This document shows, one piece after another, positions 37,043 through 46,306 of a stretch of DNA of 64,000 bases. Every line of letters starts with the position of its first letter. Position 1 is the first letter of the stretch. The notes under the pieces were generated by a model. That model was not told the origin of the DNA. It worked only from the letters and a program-made list of their open reading frames with translations, and searched no databases. The DNA is from an uncultured Staphylococcaceae bacterium (GTDB lineage Bacteria > Bacillota_I > Bacilli_A > RFN20 > CAG-826), in assembly GCA_964504595.1 (NCBI GenBank), contig CAZDEE010000002.1, forward strand, positions 49,839 through 113,838. Direction: 5' to 3'. The position numbers were made by a program, and so were the translations under genes.

Positions 37043-37885
37043 ATGAACGATATTTCACATTTTATTTTTTCAATTTATCATTATAATTTGATGTTAAGAG
37101 ACACTCTTGAATACATGATGTCTGATCGTAAGGAATTCAAAATTGCTGTCTATAATCAACGTAAGTCAGTATTAAGAGGTATGCTTGATAATCCATCACC
37201 ACTTCGTCATTTCTTAGATCAAAATAAAGAAACAGGAGAAAAGATTGCCAATCAATTAAATGAGTTTTTAGACGATGTTTATAGTGAGAAATCGACAATT
37301 ATAAAAGTCCATGGTGAAAATATTGAAGTTGATTCCGCTCAACATTTAACAGTTTACAATTATGTTGTAGGACTTCATGAAACTATTAGTGATATTGTTA
37401 GAGGATATTTAAATTTTGCTAAAGAGCAAAACGCCTATGAACAAGAACTTGCGGATATGATTGATGATGACGAGAGATTATATCGGACAATTATTTATTT
37501 AACAATCTTTGATGATGTTGTTAAGACTTTTTCTGAATTTAATCAAGCAATGAGAGAGAATAATGGTCAACCATCACCTCAATCAAATTTTATTGTTAAT
37601 GATTTAAGAAGATATATAGGCTTTATTAAATTCTCTGATCAACATAATAAAATTAAAGATCCAGAATTACTCAAATTAATTAGCGATGTTGAAAAAGTAG
37701 TTTCTTATATGGAAGGTAAAGAGAAAATACCTGAAGGAAAAGATTTTGCTAAAGTATTTGAAGAAACAAAGCTTTACATTAATTCTCTTGTCGCCGCTTA
37801 TGAAACTAAATGGAGAAATTCATTTACAAAAGTTTTCCAAGATGTAATTGAATTTGAAAAATCTCGCACTCCAAAAGAAGCTTAA
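37043..37885 (+). CDS. Hypothetical helical protein (280 aa)
   Basis: RBS AAAGGAGA before the ATG at 37043. No motif that I recognise. Confidence 0.6.
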   Translation: MNDISHFIFSIYHYNLMLRDTLEYMMSDRKEFKIAVYNQRKSVLRGMLDNPSPLRHFLDQNKETGEKIANQLNEFLDDVYSEKSTIIKVHGENIEVDSAQHLTVYNYVVGLHETISDIVRGYLNFAKEQNAYEQELADMIDDDERLYRTIIYLTIFDDVVKTFSEFNQAMRENNGQPSPQSNFIVNDLRRYIGFIKFSDQHNKIKDPELLKLISDVEKVVSYMEGKEKIPEGKDFAKVFEETKLYINSLVAAYETKWRNSFTKVFQDVIEFEKSRTPKEA

Positions 37886-37899
37886 TTATTTTACAAAAT

Positions 37900-37946
37900 T
37901 CGACATAGTTTGACATTAAAAAGGTCAGTCTTTGTCGATTTTTTCT
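37900..37946 (+). terminator. Terminator
   Basis: TCGACA...TGAC...GTCA...TGTCGA nested stem followed by T6. Confidence 0.65.
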
Positions 37947-38025
37947 TTTTGTAACTATTTTTTTGTTTTTTTATTAACTTTTTGACTATTTTATTGTGTT
38001 TAATAATGGTGAGGAGGAAATAATA

Positions 38026-38247
38026 ATGAATCAAGCAAGGCTATCAAAATTTAGATTTTTACGAAAAGAAAAAGGTCTTAATCTAGAAGATATAGCTCGG
38101 GAATTAAATGTCTCAAAAGCGTATGTTTCAATGATCGAGACTGGTAAGAGAAGCTTAGACTACGAAATGGCTATTCAAATGGCAAAGATTTTTGATATTC
38201 GTCCAGATGAACTATTTTTTGATGATATTATAAAATCCCATTCATAA
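38026..38247 (+). CDS. XRE-family helix-turn-helix transcriptional regulator (73 aa)
   Basis: LR.EKGL..EDIA..L.VSKAYVS.IE.GKR HTH_3 pattern. GAGGAGG RBS. Confidence 0.8.
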   Translation: MNQARLSKFRFLRKEKGLNLEDIARELNVSKAYVSMIETGKRSLDYEMAIQMAKIFDIRPDELFFDDIIKSHS

Positions 38248-38376
38248 TTATTTAAGTTTTTAATAGTTTATAGTTAAAATTACCTGGTTGTACATATAAA
38301 AAGCGCGGTTATGATAAGAAAAATCAATATTTTAGTGACATTTATTGTTGTTCTTGTTATAATATTTAGGCGCGAA

Positions 38377-38467
38377 GGAGAATTACCCAAGCGGCTGAAG
38401 GGGTGGGCTTGGAAAGCTCATAGGCTTGTAACAGGGCGCGAGGGTTCAAATCCCTCATTCTCCGCCA
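38377..38467 (+). tRNA. tRNA-Ser (GGA), CCA encoded
   Basis: GGAGAATTACCCAAGCGGCTGAAGGG D-arm. Anticodon loop UUGGAAA. Long variable arm. Upstream TGTTATAAT extended -10. Confidence 0.9.
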
Positions 38468-38480
38468 TTTAGCTTAGAAA

Positions 38481-38504
38481 AGTCCGATTTTATCGGACTT
38501 TTTA
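38481..38504 (+). terminator. Terminator after tRNA-Ser(GGA)
   Basis: AGTCCGAT-ttt-ATCGGACT followed by T5. Confidence 0.8.
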
Positions 38505-38588
38505 ATTTTATTGTTTATTAGCTCATAAATTTTTTTTATAAAAAACAATCAAGATTGACTTGATTGTGATTGTTTTAACATAAAGAAA

Positions 38589-38780
38589 TTAGTTCTTTAA
38601 TTTTGTTTCTTGGTAGATTGTTTTACATTCCGCTTTTACAGTAGAAAAGGGAACGATACTTTCAACATCGACATTTTCGTCTTCTAAACTTTTTAAAATA
38701 GCTTCAACATTTTTTAAAATCTTATCATCGATTGAATTAGTGTCAATGTGAAATTTAATTTGATATTTAACAGAATTCAT
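38589..38780 (-). CDS. Small acidic hypothetical protein (63 aa)
   Basis: ORF lies 14 nt downstream of the membrane-protein ORF. No clear SD sequence. Confidence 0.3.
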   Translation of the reverse strand: MNSVKYQIKFHIDTNSIDDKILKNVEAILKSLEDENVDVESIVPFSTVKAECKTIYQETKLKN

Positions 38781-38794
38781 GTGTTAAGAAGAGA

Positions 38795-39079
38795 TTATTC
38801 TCCAAGACGTTGAGCTCTTTTTATACGACGTTCTTCTTCAACATCGATTTTCTTTGCGGTAACTAATAAGGTAATTACTCCAATGATAAGTCCAATTGCT
38901 AAAGCAATATATCCCCAGTTTTTAAGTCCTAATCCTAACCATTTTGCGGTTTCAAGAACGTTATCTTCAGGTAAATAATAACCAATAACTCCACAAGTAA
39001 ATAATCCTAATCCTCCAAAGGCGAAAATGCCTGCGATAATATAAGCGATGAGTTCACCAACATTTCTTTTATTTTTCAT
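38795..39079 (-). CDS. Small membrane protein (2 TM helices, basic C-terminal tail)
   Basis: Two clear hydrophobic helices. RBS AAAGGAG upstream. Confidence 0.6.
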   Translation of the reverse strand: MKNKRNVGELIAYIIAGIFAFGGLGLFTCGVIGYYLPEDNVLETAKWLGLGLKNWGYIALAIGLIIGVITLLVTAKKIDVEEERRIKRAQRLGE

Positions 39080-39294
39080 AGCTAATAACTCCTTTTCATG
39101 TTATATAATTTTAACATACATATAATTAGCTTTCAAGAAAAATAAGTTATCGTTTTTTGGTAGTTATATGTGATTATTTTGTTCTTATAATTATTCATAA
39201 AATGAATAATTTATTAAACTTTAATAATAAAGTTAAAATGCATTTATTTAATAGAAATGTTGTGTTAAAATAATTAATGTTTTTGGAGGTCTTC

Positions 39295-40278
39295 ATGAGA
39301 GAAATTGTTATTACAAAAAATGATGCTGGCCAACGTATTGATAAATATATTCGTAAATACATGAGTGAAGCACCTTTGAGCTTTATTTATAAAACCTTTC
39401 GAAAGAAAGATATTAAAATAAATGGTAAATGGGTGAATATTGATTATATTTTACAAGAAAATGATGTATTAAGAATATATGTTAATGAAGATACTTTGGA
39501 AAAGTTTTTTTCTAATAAACCAATTGAGAATTTAAAATTTAATCATGAAGTAATTTATGAAGATGAAAACATATTGATTGTTAATAAACCGGCTGGTTTA
39601 TTAGTGCATGGTGATGATAAAGAAAAAAAGATTACTTTATCAAATCAAGTTTTATCTTATTTGTACCAAAAAGGTGAATACGATCCTTCAAAAGATATTG
39701 GGTTTACTCCCGCACCGGCACATCGATTAGATCGAAATACATCTGGAGCAGTTGTGTTTGGAAAGAATATATCGACATTACAATCACTATTAGAGATGTT
39801 TAAAGATAAAAAGTATATTACTAAAACATATTATGCCTTAGTAGTGGGAAATGTTAAGAAAGATGGTTTAATTGAAACTTATTTGCTAAAAGATCAAACA
39901 ACAGGTGTTGTTAGAGTGGTTAATAAGAATACTGAGGGAGCTAAATTCGCCATTACAAAGTATTGCGTTAAAAAAGTATTTGAAAAGTATACTTTACTTG
40001 AAGTTCAATTGTTAACAGGTAGAACTCATCAAATTCGTGTCCATTTAGCGCATATAGGATTTCCTATTGCAGGAGATGCTAAGTATGGGAATTTTAAAGT
40101 CAATAAAGAATTTAAAGAAAGATTTAATTATGAATCGCAATTTTTGCACGCTAAAAAGATTACTTTCAATGAATGTATCGGCGGGCTACAATATCTAAAC
40201 GGTAGAACATTTGAAGCTGTTTTAGGAAAAAAAGAACAAAATATAATTGATATTTTGTCAAATGATGTAAAGAAGTAA
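39295..40278 (+). CDS. RluA/RluD-family 23S rRNA pseudouridine synthase
   Basis: N-terminal S4-like domain and catalytic HRLDRNTSG. GGAGG RBS before the ATG at 39295. Confidence 0.85.
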   Translation: MREIVITKNDAGQRIDKYIRKYMSEAPLSFIYKTFRKKDIKINGKWVNIDYILQENDVLRIYVNEDTLEKFFSNKPIENLKFNHEVIYEDENILIVNKPAGLLVHGDDKEKKITLSNQVLSYLYQKGEYDPSKDIGFTPAPAHRLDRNTSGAVVFGKNISTLQSLLEMFKDKKYITKTYYALVVGNVKKDGLIETYLLKDQTTGVVRVVNKNTEGAKFAITKYCVKKVFEKYTLLEVQLLTGRTHQIRVHLAHIGFPIAGDAKYGNFKVNKEFKERFNYESQFLHAKKITFNECIGGLQYLNGRTFEAVLGKKEQNIIDILSNDVKK

Positions 40279-40290
40279 AGGAGAATGTTT

Positions 40291-41994
40291 ATGAGTATTC
40301 AAACTGAATATGAAAGATGGTTGAATTCATCAATCGTTTCTGAAGATGATAAAAAAGTTTTAAGAAGCCTCTCTAAAGAAGAAATAGATGATGCTTTTTA
40401 TAAAAATATTGATTTTGGAACAGCCGGAATGCGTGGCATTTTAGGGCCTGGAACAAATAGAATGAATGTTTTTACAATTCGTAAGGCTTCGGTCGGCTAT
40501 GCTAAGTACTTATTAGAAAAATATGAAAACGCAAAAACAATGGGCGTTGTTATTGCCCATGATAATCGTTTCTTTTCTAGAGAGTTTACTTTAGAAACCG
40601 CTCGAGTTTTAAATGCGTTTGGAATTAAAGCTTTCTTATTTGATAGTTTAAGACCAACTCCTGAACTCTCATATGCGGTTAGAAAACTTGGTGCATGTGG
40701 TGGAATAGTTATTACGGCTTCTCATAATCCAAAAGAGTATAACGGATATAAGGTTTATGATGAGTATGGATGTCAATTAGTTCCAGCTAAAATTTCTCGT
40801 TTACTTGAAATAATTGCTTCTTTACCAAATGAACTAGATGTGGAAGTTCCTCAAGCACTCACAGATGAATTGTTAGTGTCTATTCCTAGTTCATTAGATG
40901 AAGATTATATTAATGATGTCCTTTCAATTAGACTTAATCCATCATTACCAAAAGATGGTTATAAAATAGTATTTTCTCCTCAACATGGTACAAGCTATGT
41001 AAATGGAATGAAAATGTTTAAAAGAGCGGGATATGATATTAAGCCTGTAGAAACACAATGTAATCCTGATCCAAATTTCAGTGGTACACTTTCTCCTAAT
41101 CCAGAAGAAAAGAAAGCCTATGTGGCTTCAATTGAGCTCGCTAAGAAGGAAAATGCTCAACTCATATTAATGACTGACCCAGATGCGGATAGAGTTGGAG
41201 TGGCTTATTTATCATCAAAGGGAACATATGAATATTTAAATGGTAATGAATCAGGCGCTTTATTAATGGATTATATTTTTATGTGCCGTCAAGAACGAGG
41301 ATTGTTATCTAAAGATGGAGTAATGTTTAATACAATCGTAACTTCTTCATTTGGAAAAGATGTGGCTTCATATTATGGAATTAGAACTGAATCATTATTA
41401 ACTGGATTTAAATATATTGGTGATAGAATTCAAAGTTATCAAGATAAAGGTGAAAATGTTTTTGAGTTCGGTTATGAAGAAAGTTATGGCTGCTTAATAT
41501 CACCTTTCGTAAGAGATAAGGATGGCTTACAAGCCTTATTGATGTTAGCGGAAATGGCGGTTTATTATTTTAACAAAGGAATGGCTTTAGACCAAGCTCT
41601 TGAAGGTGTATATCAAAAGTTAGGTCGTTATTATAAAGATATTCAACATTCAAAATATTTTAAAGGTGAATCCGGTTCTAAAGATATGGATAGTTTAATG
41701 AAAAAATTAAGAACTATAAAAATCGATTCAATTGGTGAATTTAAAGTTATTCGTGTTGAAGATTATCTTAAAGGAGAGGCGATTCAAGATGATCAAACTT
41801 TCTTAATTTCACTTCCAAAAGCGGATGTTATGAAGTTTGTTTTAGAAGGAGGATCTTCAATCGCAGTTCGTCCAAGTGGAACGGAGCCAAAATGTAAATT
41901 CTATATAAATGCAGTTGGAAAAACTAAAGAAGAAGTTGAAGAACTTCCAGAAAGCTTATATGAAGCTTTTGCAATATTAGTTAATATACAATAA
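40291..41994 (+). CDS. pgcA: Alpha-phosphoglucomutase (PgcA-type phosphohexomutase)
   Basis: GTAGMRG, TASHNPKEYNGYK, DPDADR, GEESG-like (GYEESYG), RPSGTEP. Confidence 0.9.
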   Translation: MSIQTEYERWLNSSIVSEDDKKVLRSLSKEEIDDAFYKNIDFGTAGMRGILGPGTNRMNVFTIRKASVGYAKYLLEKYENAKTMGVVIAHDNRFFSREFTLETARVLNAFGIKAFLFDSLRPTPELSYAVRKLGACGGIVITASHNPKEYNGYKVYDEYGCQLVPAKISRLLEIIASLPNELDVEVPQALTDELLVSIPSSLDEDYINDVLSIRLNPSLPKDGYKIVFSPQHGTSYVNGMKMFKRAGYDIKPVETQCNPDPNFSGTLSPNPEEKKAYVASIELAKKENAQLILMTDPDADRVGVAYLSSKGTYEYLNGNESGALLMDYIFMCRQERGLLSKDGVMFNTIVTSSFGKDVASYYGIRTESLLTGFKYIGDRIQSYQDKGENVFEFGYEESYGCLISPFVRDKDGLQALLMLAEMAVYYFNKGMALDQALEGVYQKLGRYYKDIQHSKYFKGESGSKDMDSLMKKLRTIKIDSIGEFKVIRVEDYLKGEAIQDDQTFLISLPKADVMKFVLEGGSSIAVRPSGTEPKCKFYINAVGKTKEEVEELPESLYEAFAILVNIQ

Positions 41995-42003
41995 AACAAA
42001 TAA

Positions 42004-42032
42004 AAATAGTGAGGTTCTGCCTCACTATTTTA
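42004..42032. terminator. Bidirectional terminator between pgcA and the Cof hydrolase gene
   Basis: ATAGTGAGG-ttctg-CCTCACTAT flanked by A-runs and T-runs. Confidence 0.75.
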
Positions 42033-42834
42033 TTATCTTTTTGAGCGCATGCATTACGCCATTATGTTCATTATCAAATTCACTCACATATGTTGCTATT
42101 TTTTTAATTTTTTCATCACCGTTTATCATAGCGATGGAAATTCCCGCAAAAGAGAGCATTTCTATATCATTACAAGCATCTCCGATAGCGATTATATCTT
42201 CGTAAGGAATATGATATAAATTAGCGATAACTTTTAAGCCTTCTGCTTTAGAAATATAGTCATAATATATTTCACTAAATAAAGAATATAATCCATTCCA
42301 AAATCTAACTTTTAAATGCGGATATTTTTCAACGACATCTACGACTATATGATCGATATCTGAAGTAGTAGTCTCAATAATCATTGTCATAGGATCTTCA
42401 AAGAGTGTATCTTGAATCTTTCCATAATGAATATTCATATTATCATGCCAGAAGAAGCTTGATAATGTACTATCTTCTTTAATAAGCCAAATATCATTGT
42501 TTGTTTCACACATAATATTAGCAATATATCTTTCATCTAGTTTATTAGCAATTTCTTTTATTAACTCTTTAGGAAAAGTAGATATTAAATCTTTAAATTC
42601 AGGATTATTAGGACTTGTTATATACGCTCCGTTATAGCAAATCATCGGTGATTTTAAGCCGATTAGTTTGTAGTATTTACTAATAGCTCTAATTGGTCTA
42701 CCTGAGGCAATTACAACGGTGTGGCCTTGTTTTTCTATTTCTTGAAGATACTTTATTAATTGCTCACTAATTGTGCCATCATTTCTTAATAAAGTACCAT
42801 CTAAATCTAGGGCAATTAAATACTTTTTTGACAT
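42025..42834 (-). CDS. Cof-type HAD-IIB phosphatase
   Basis: ALDLDGTLL, ASGR, GD..ND..M. Confidence 0.85.
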   Translation of the reverse strand: MSKKYLIALDLDGTLLRNDGTISEQLIKYLQEIEKQGHTVVIASGRPIRAISKYYKLIGLKSPMICYNGAYITSPNNPEFKDLISTFPKELIKEIANKLDERYIANIMCETNNDIWLIKEDSTLSSFFWHDNMNIHYGKIQDTLFEDPMTMIIETTTSDIDHIVVDVVEKYPHLKVRFWNGLYSLFSEIYYDYISKAEGLKVIANLYHIPYEDIIAIGDACNDIEMLSFAGISIAMINGDEKIKKIATYVSEFDNEHNGVMHALKKIIK

Positions 42835-42883
42835 TCTATTTCCTCCATTTTCAAAAAATAAACCAAGCTTTTTGCTTGGTTAA

Positions 42884-43861
42884 TTAATATAATCCGATTG
42901 CTTTTTGTACTCTTTTTAAAGTAGCGTTTGCGACTTTTTGAGCATCTTTAGCGCCTTTTTCAAGAATTGCATCTAATTCACCAGATTCAATTATTTCTTG
43001 ATATCTTTGTTGGAAAGCACCAATTTCTTCACAAACAACATCAGCGACAGCTTTTTTGAATGTTCCATATTGAGCACCTTCAAATTCTTTTTCCGCTTCT
43101 TCAATTGAAATATCTTTTAAAGATGCATAAATGGTTAATAAATTAGAGATTCCAGGTTTATTCTCTTTATCGTATTTAACGACCATTTCGGAATCAGTAA
43201 CTGCTGACATGATTTTTTTACGAATTACTTTCAAATCATCTTTTAAGAAAATATCACCTTTAGGATCAGATTTTGACATTTTAACAGTTGGATTAGAAAG
43301 AGACATAATTCTTGCTCCAACTTTTTTAACGACCGCTTTTGGCATGACAAGAATATCACCAAAACGATGATTGAATCTTTTAACTAAATCACGAGTTATT
43401 TCTACGTGTTGTACTTGATCTTCACCGACTGGGACAATTGTAGCATCATAAAGTAATATATCCGCTGCCATTAAAACAGGGTAAGCGAACAATCCTAAGC
43501 CTATAGCTTCTTGTTTCATTTTAGCGCTTTTATCTTTAAATTGAGTCATTCTTGATAGTTCACCCATGTATAAGAAGTTTTGTAAAATTGCATTTAATTC
43601 TGCATGAGCGGAAACGTGACTTTGCATAAAAATATGAGCTTTATTTGGATCTAAACCAGCGGCAATATAGAAAGCGGCGATATCTCGTGAATTTGTTCTT
43701 AATACTTCTGGCTCAATAGGAAGAGTTAAAGCGTGTAAATCGGCGATAAAAATAAATGTTTCACCTTGTTCTTGATAATTTTTAAAATTTCTTAATGCAC
43801 CGATATAGTTTCCTAAAGTTAGTTGACCAGTTGGTTTAATTCCACTTAATATTCTTTCCAT
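42884..43861 (-). CDS. trpS: Tryptophan--tRNA ligase
   Basis: SGIKPTG.LTLGNY, GEDQ.QH, KMSKSD. Confidence 0.93.
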   Translation of the reverse strand: MERILSGIKPTGQLTLGNYIGALRNFKNYQEQGETFIFIADLHALTLPIEPEVLRTNSRDIAAFYIAAGLDPNKAHIFMQSHVSAHAELNAILQNFLYMGELSRMTQFKDKSAKMKQEAIGLGLFAYPVLMAADILLYDATIVPVGEDQVQHVEITRDLVKRFNHRFGDILVMPKAVVKKVGARIMSLSNPTVKMSKSDPKGDIFLKDDLKVIRKKIMSAVTDSEMVVKYDKENKPGISNLLTIYASLKDISIEEAEKEFEGAQYGTFKKAVADVVCEEIGAFQQRYQEIIESGELDAILEKGAKDAQKVANATLKRVQKAIGLY

Positions 43862-43898
43862 TAATTTTGCCTCCTTAATAACTTATGTCGCTTCTAAA

Positions 43899-43927
43899 AT
43901 TATAAGGTTATATATTGTTTTTGTCAA
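43899..43927 (-). promoter_or_regulatory. Consensus sigma-A promoter of trpS
   Basis: Minus strand TTGACA (43927-22), 17 nt, TATAAT (43904-43899). The leader is only about 30 nt, which leaves no room for a T-box. Confidence 0.75.
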
Positions 43928-44002
43928 TTTCAAAAACCACTCACTTATTGCAAAAGGAAGTAAATCTGTATAAAATATTTTTAAATGGAGGAGGTAATTA
44001 AA

Positions 44003-44449
44003 ATGATTAGAATTTATACATCTCCAAGTTGTTCTTCTTGTCGAAAAGTAAAAAAATGGTTTGATGAGCAAAAAATACCATATCAAGAAAAGAATATATT
44101 TTCATCCTTACTTAACGAAGAGGAGCTTCGTGACATTTTAATAAAATCAGAAAATGGCACTGATGATATTATTTCTTCACGTTCAAAGATAATCAAAGAA
44201 AATAATATTGATTTAGATAATATGAGAATTAGTGAAATAATTAGTTTTATTAAAAATAATCCATCGATATTAAAAAGGCCAATTATGGTTGATGATCGCC
44301 GAATTCAAGTTGGATATAATGAAGAGGAAATAAGAACATTTATTCCTCCAGAAGCTCGTAGAATAGCTTCTTTAGCATGTAATAAAGATGTATGTCCTAA
44401 TTATAATAATTGTGCCTATGCTTTAGATAACGAAGAAGAAAAAAAGTAA
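44003..44449 (+). CDS. spx: Spx/ArsC-family redox regulator with a Cys-containing C-terminal extension
   Basis: MIRIYTSPSCSSCRKVKKWF with the CxxC motif at the Spx position. GGAGGAGG RBS. About 17 aa longer than B. subtilis Spx (C-x4-C-x5-C, then an acidic tail). Confidence 0.85.
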   Translation: MIRIYTSPSCSSCRKVKKWFDEQKIPYQEKNIFSSLLNEEELRDILIKSENGTDDIISSRSKIIKENNIDLDNMRISEIISFIKNNPSILKRPIMVDDRRIQVGYNEEEIRTFIPPEARRIASLACNKDVCPNYNNCAYALDNEEEKK

Positions 44450-44484
44450 TGAAACATTTAATGCCTCATTACTAAGTTAATTGA

Positions 44485-45066
44485 TTAATGTTTGATTTTT
44501 AAAGCGTTCATTGCGCGAGCTTGTTTACTAAAAGTATTAAAGACACAAGGTACTTCCGCAAGAGCGCATATTTCTTGTAAACATTCTTCAGCATATTGAA
44601 TGGAAGTTTGTTCCATTTCTAATTCGTAGTCATAGTTACCACTATAGATGTTTTTATCAAGAGATAAGAGACCTTCTTTATAAGGAATATCAATACGATC
44701 GGTAGTTAAAGATGTTAGAATTTTTAAATCGTCAACTTTAATTCCTAATATTTCTAAGAAATTCTTAATGTTACCTTCAGGAAAAATATTGTTTCTTTCT
44801 AATAGCTCATATTGCTTCCAAGAAATCGTTTGACTCTTTTCTAATAATCCCTCGCTTAGAGGGGTTTTTAAGGTTAAAACAAAGTCATCTTTTTCTCTAA
44901 TTCTTAAGGCGCATCCGAGTCTTCTTAAAGCTTGATCTTCAGTGTCAATATAGTGATTTATTTGTCTAATTCTTTTATAACGCTCAGCGTGTAAAACGTT
45001 AATAACCTTTTCAAAATCGTTTTTAGATAATAGAACTTTTGATTCAATTTCAATATTGGTGGACAT
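44485..45066 (-). CDS. CYTH-domain (triphosphate tunnel) protein, YjbK-like
   Basis: N-terminal EIE.K motif (NIEIESKVLL). Size and position next to ppnK match yjbK in Bacillus. Confidence 0.75.
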   Translation of the reverse strand: MSTNIEIESKVLLSKNDFEKVINVLHAERYKRIRQINHYIDTEDQALRRLGCALRIREKDDFVLTLKTPLSEGLLEKSQTISWKQYELLERNNIFPEGNIKNFLEILGIKVDDLKILTSLTTDRIDIPYKEGLLSLDKNIYSGNYDYELEMEQTSIQYAEECLQEICALAEVPCVFNTFSKQARAMNALKIKH

Positions 45067-45134
45067 AGTTTTTTCTCCTTTGTCAATATTATTGTGATAC
45101 AATATATATAATAGCATGAAAGAGAGATGATGTC

Positions 45135-45917
45135 ATGTATTTTGCAATATTTACTCGTGATGATGAGTATTCTAAACAAATTGAAAAATCATGTTATGAT
45201 GAATTAATAAAAAATGGTTTTATTGAAAATAAAGATAATCCTCATTATGTCATTTTTATTGGTGGCGATGGAACATTTTTAAGAGCGGTTCAACATTATT
45301 TTCAAAAAATAGATCAAATTATTTTCGTTGGTGTTAGAAGCGGTACATTAGGCTTTTATTGCACATATGAAAGTAATGAGATTAAAAAACTTGTTTGTGA
45401 TTTAAAGTCTAACATACTTTCATCATCTTCATTTCCATTGCTTAAAGGTATTATTTATGATCATGAACGGGTTATTGATCAATTTTACGCAGTTAATGAA
45501 ATTAGAATTGAAAATCCTTTTAAAACGATGATTTGTGAAGTATTAATTGATGATGAATATTTAGAAGAATTTAGAGGTAATGGAATTTTAGTTTCATCAA
45601 CTTTAGGTAGTACCGCTTATAATAAGTCTTGTGGCGGTGCGGTCATTGATTTTAGATTAAATCTTTTAGAGCTTACAGAAATTGCTCCAATTGAAAATGT
45701 TTCTTACCGTTCCTTAAAAGAAAGTATGATTTTAGCTTCTAATAGAGTGATTACGATTAAGTCGCCATTTCATGATGAGGTCGTCGGCTATGATCATAAA
45801 CTTTATAAATTACAAGATAAGATTACGCATGTATCAATTTCTTATTCAGAAAAGAAAGTTAATCTTGTTACTAGAAAATATATTACCGCGGTGCGCAGTT
45901 CATTTATTAAGAAATAG
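45135..45917 (+). CDS. ppnK: NAD kinase
   Basis: GGDGTFLRA, NE..I, STAYN.S.GG. Confidence 0.9.
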   Translation: MYFAIFTRDDEYSKQIEKSCYDELIKNGFIENKDNPHYVIFIGGDGTFLRAVQHYFQKIDQIIFVGVRSGTLGFYCTYESNEIKKLVCDLKSNILSSSSFPLLKGIIYDHERVIDQFYAVNEIRIENPFKTMICEVLIDDEYLEEFRGNGILVSSTLGSTAYNKSCGGAVIDFRLNLLELTEIAPIENVSYRSLKESMILASNRVITIKSPFHDEVVGYDHKLYKLQDKITHVSISYSEKKVNLVTRKYITAVRSSFIKK

Positions 45918-45925
45918 GAGGATTA

Positions 45926-46306
45926 ATGATGTATTTGGTTTCAGTTAATGAATTTTTAAAAGATAATGCTTGGTGGTTGGCATTAAGCATTGCACTTATT
46001 ATTTTAATTGCTGTTTTATTTATCTTTTTAACTGGTAAAAAGAATAAAAAAGAATCTAATGAAGCTTATAAAGATTATCTTGAAGCATTTGGAACAATTA
46101 ATAATATTATTTCAAGCTATTTTAAGGGCTCAAGATTAACTTTAGTACTTCGAGATTATGATTTATTAGATAATGAAAAACTTGAGACATTAGGTATCTC
46201 AAGTTCCATAAGAATGTCTTCGAAAATCACATTTATTTATGAAAAAGCTGAAGAACTTAGTAATTATATAAATGCGGAATTAACTCGTCTTAGTAACGAG
46301 GATTAG
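45926..46306 (+). CDS. Membrane-anchored protein with a degenerate PTS EIIB(Glc)-like domain
   Basis: One TM helix, then LEAFGTINNIISSYFKGSRLTLVLRD...LETLGISS. This follows the EIIB pattern (alGG.eNI...C.TRLR..l.D....lk.lG) but lacks the phospho-Cys. Confidence 0.45.
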   Translation: MMYLVSVNEFLKDNAWWLALSIALIILIAVLFIFLTGKKNKKESNEAYKDYLEAFGTINNIISSYFKGSRLTLVLRDYDLLDNEKLETLGISSSIRMSSKITFIYEKAEELSNYINAELTRLSNED

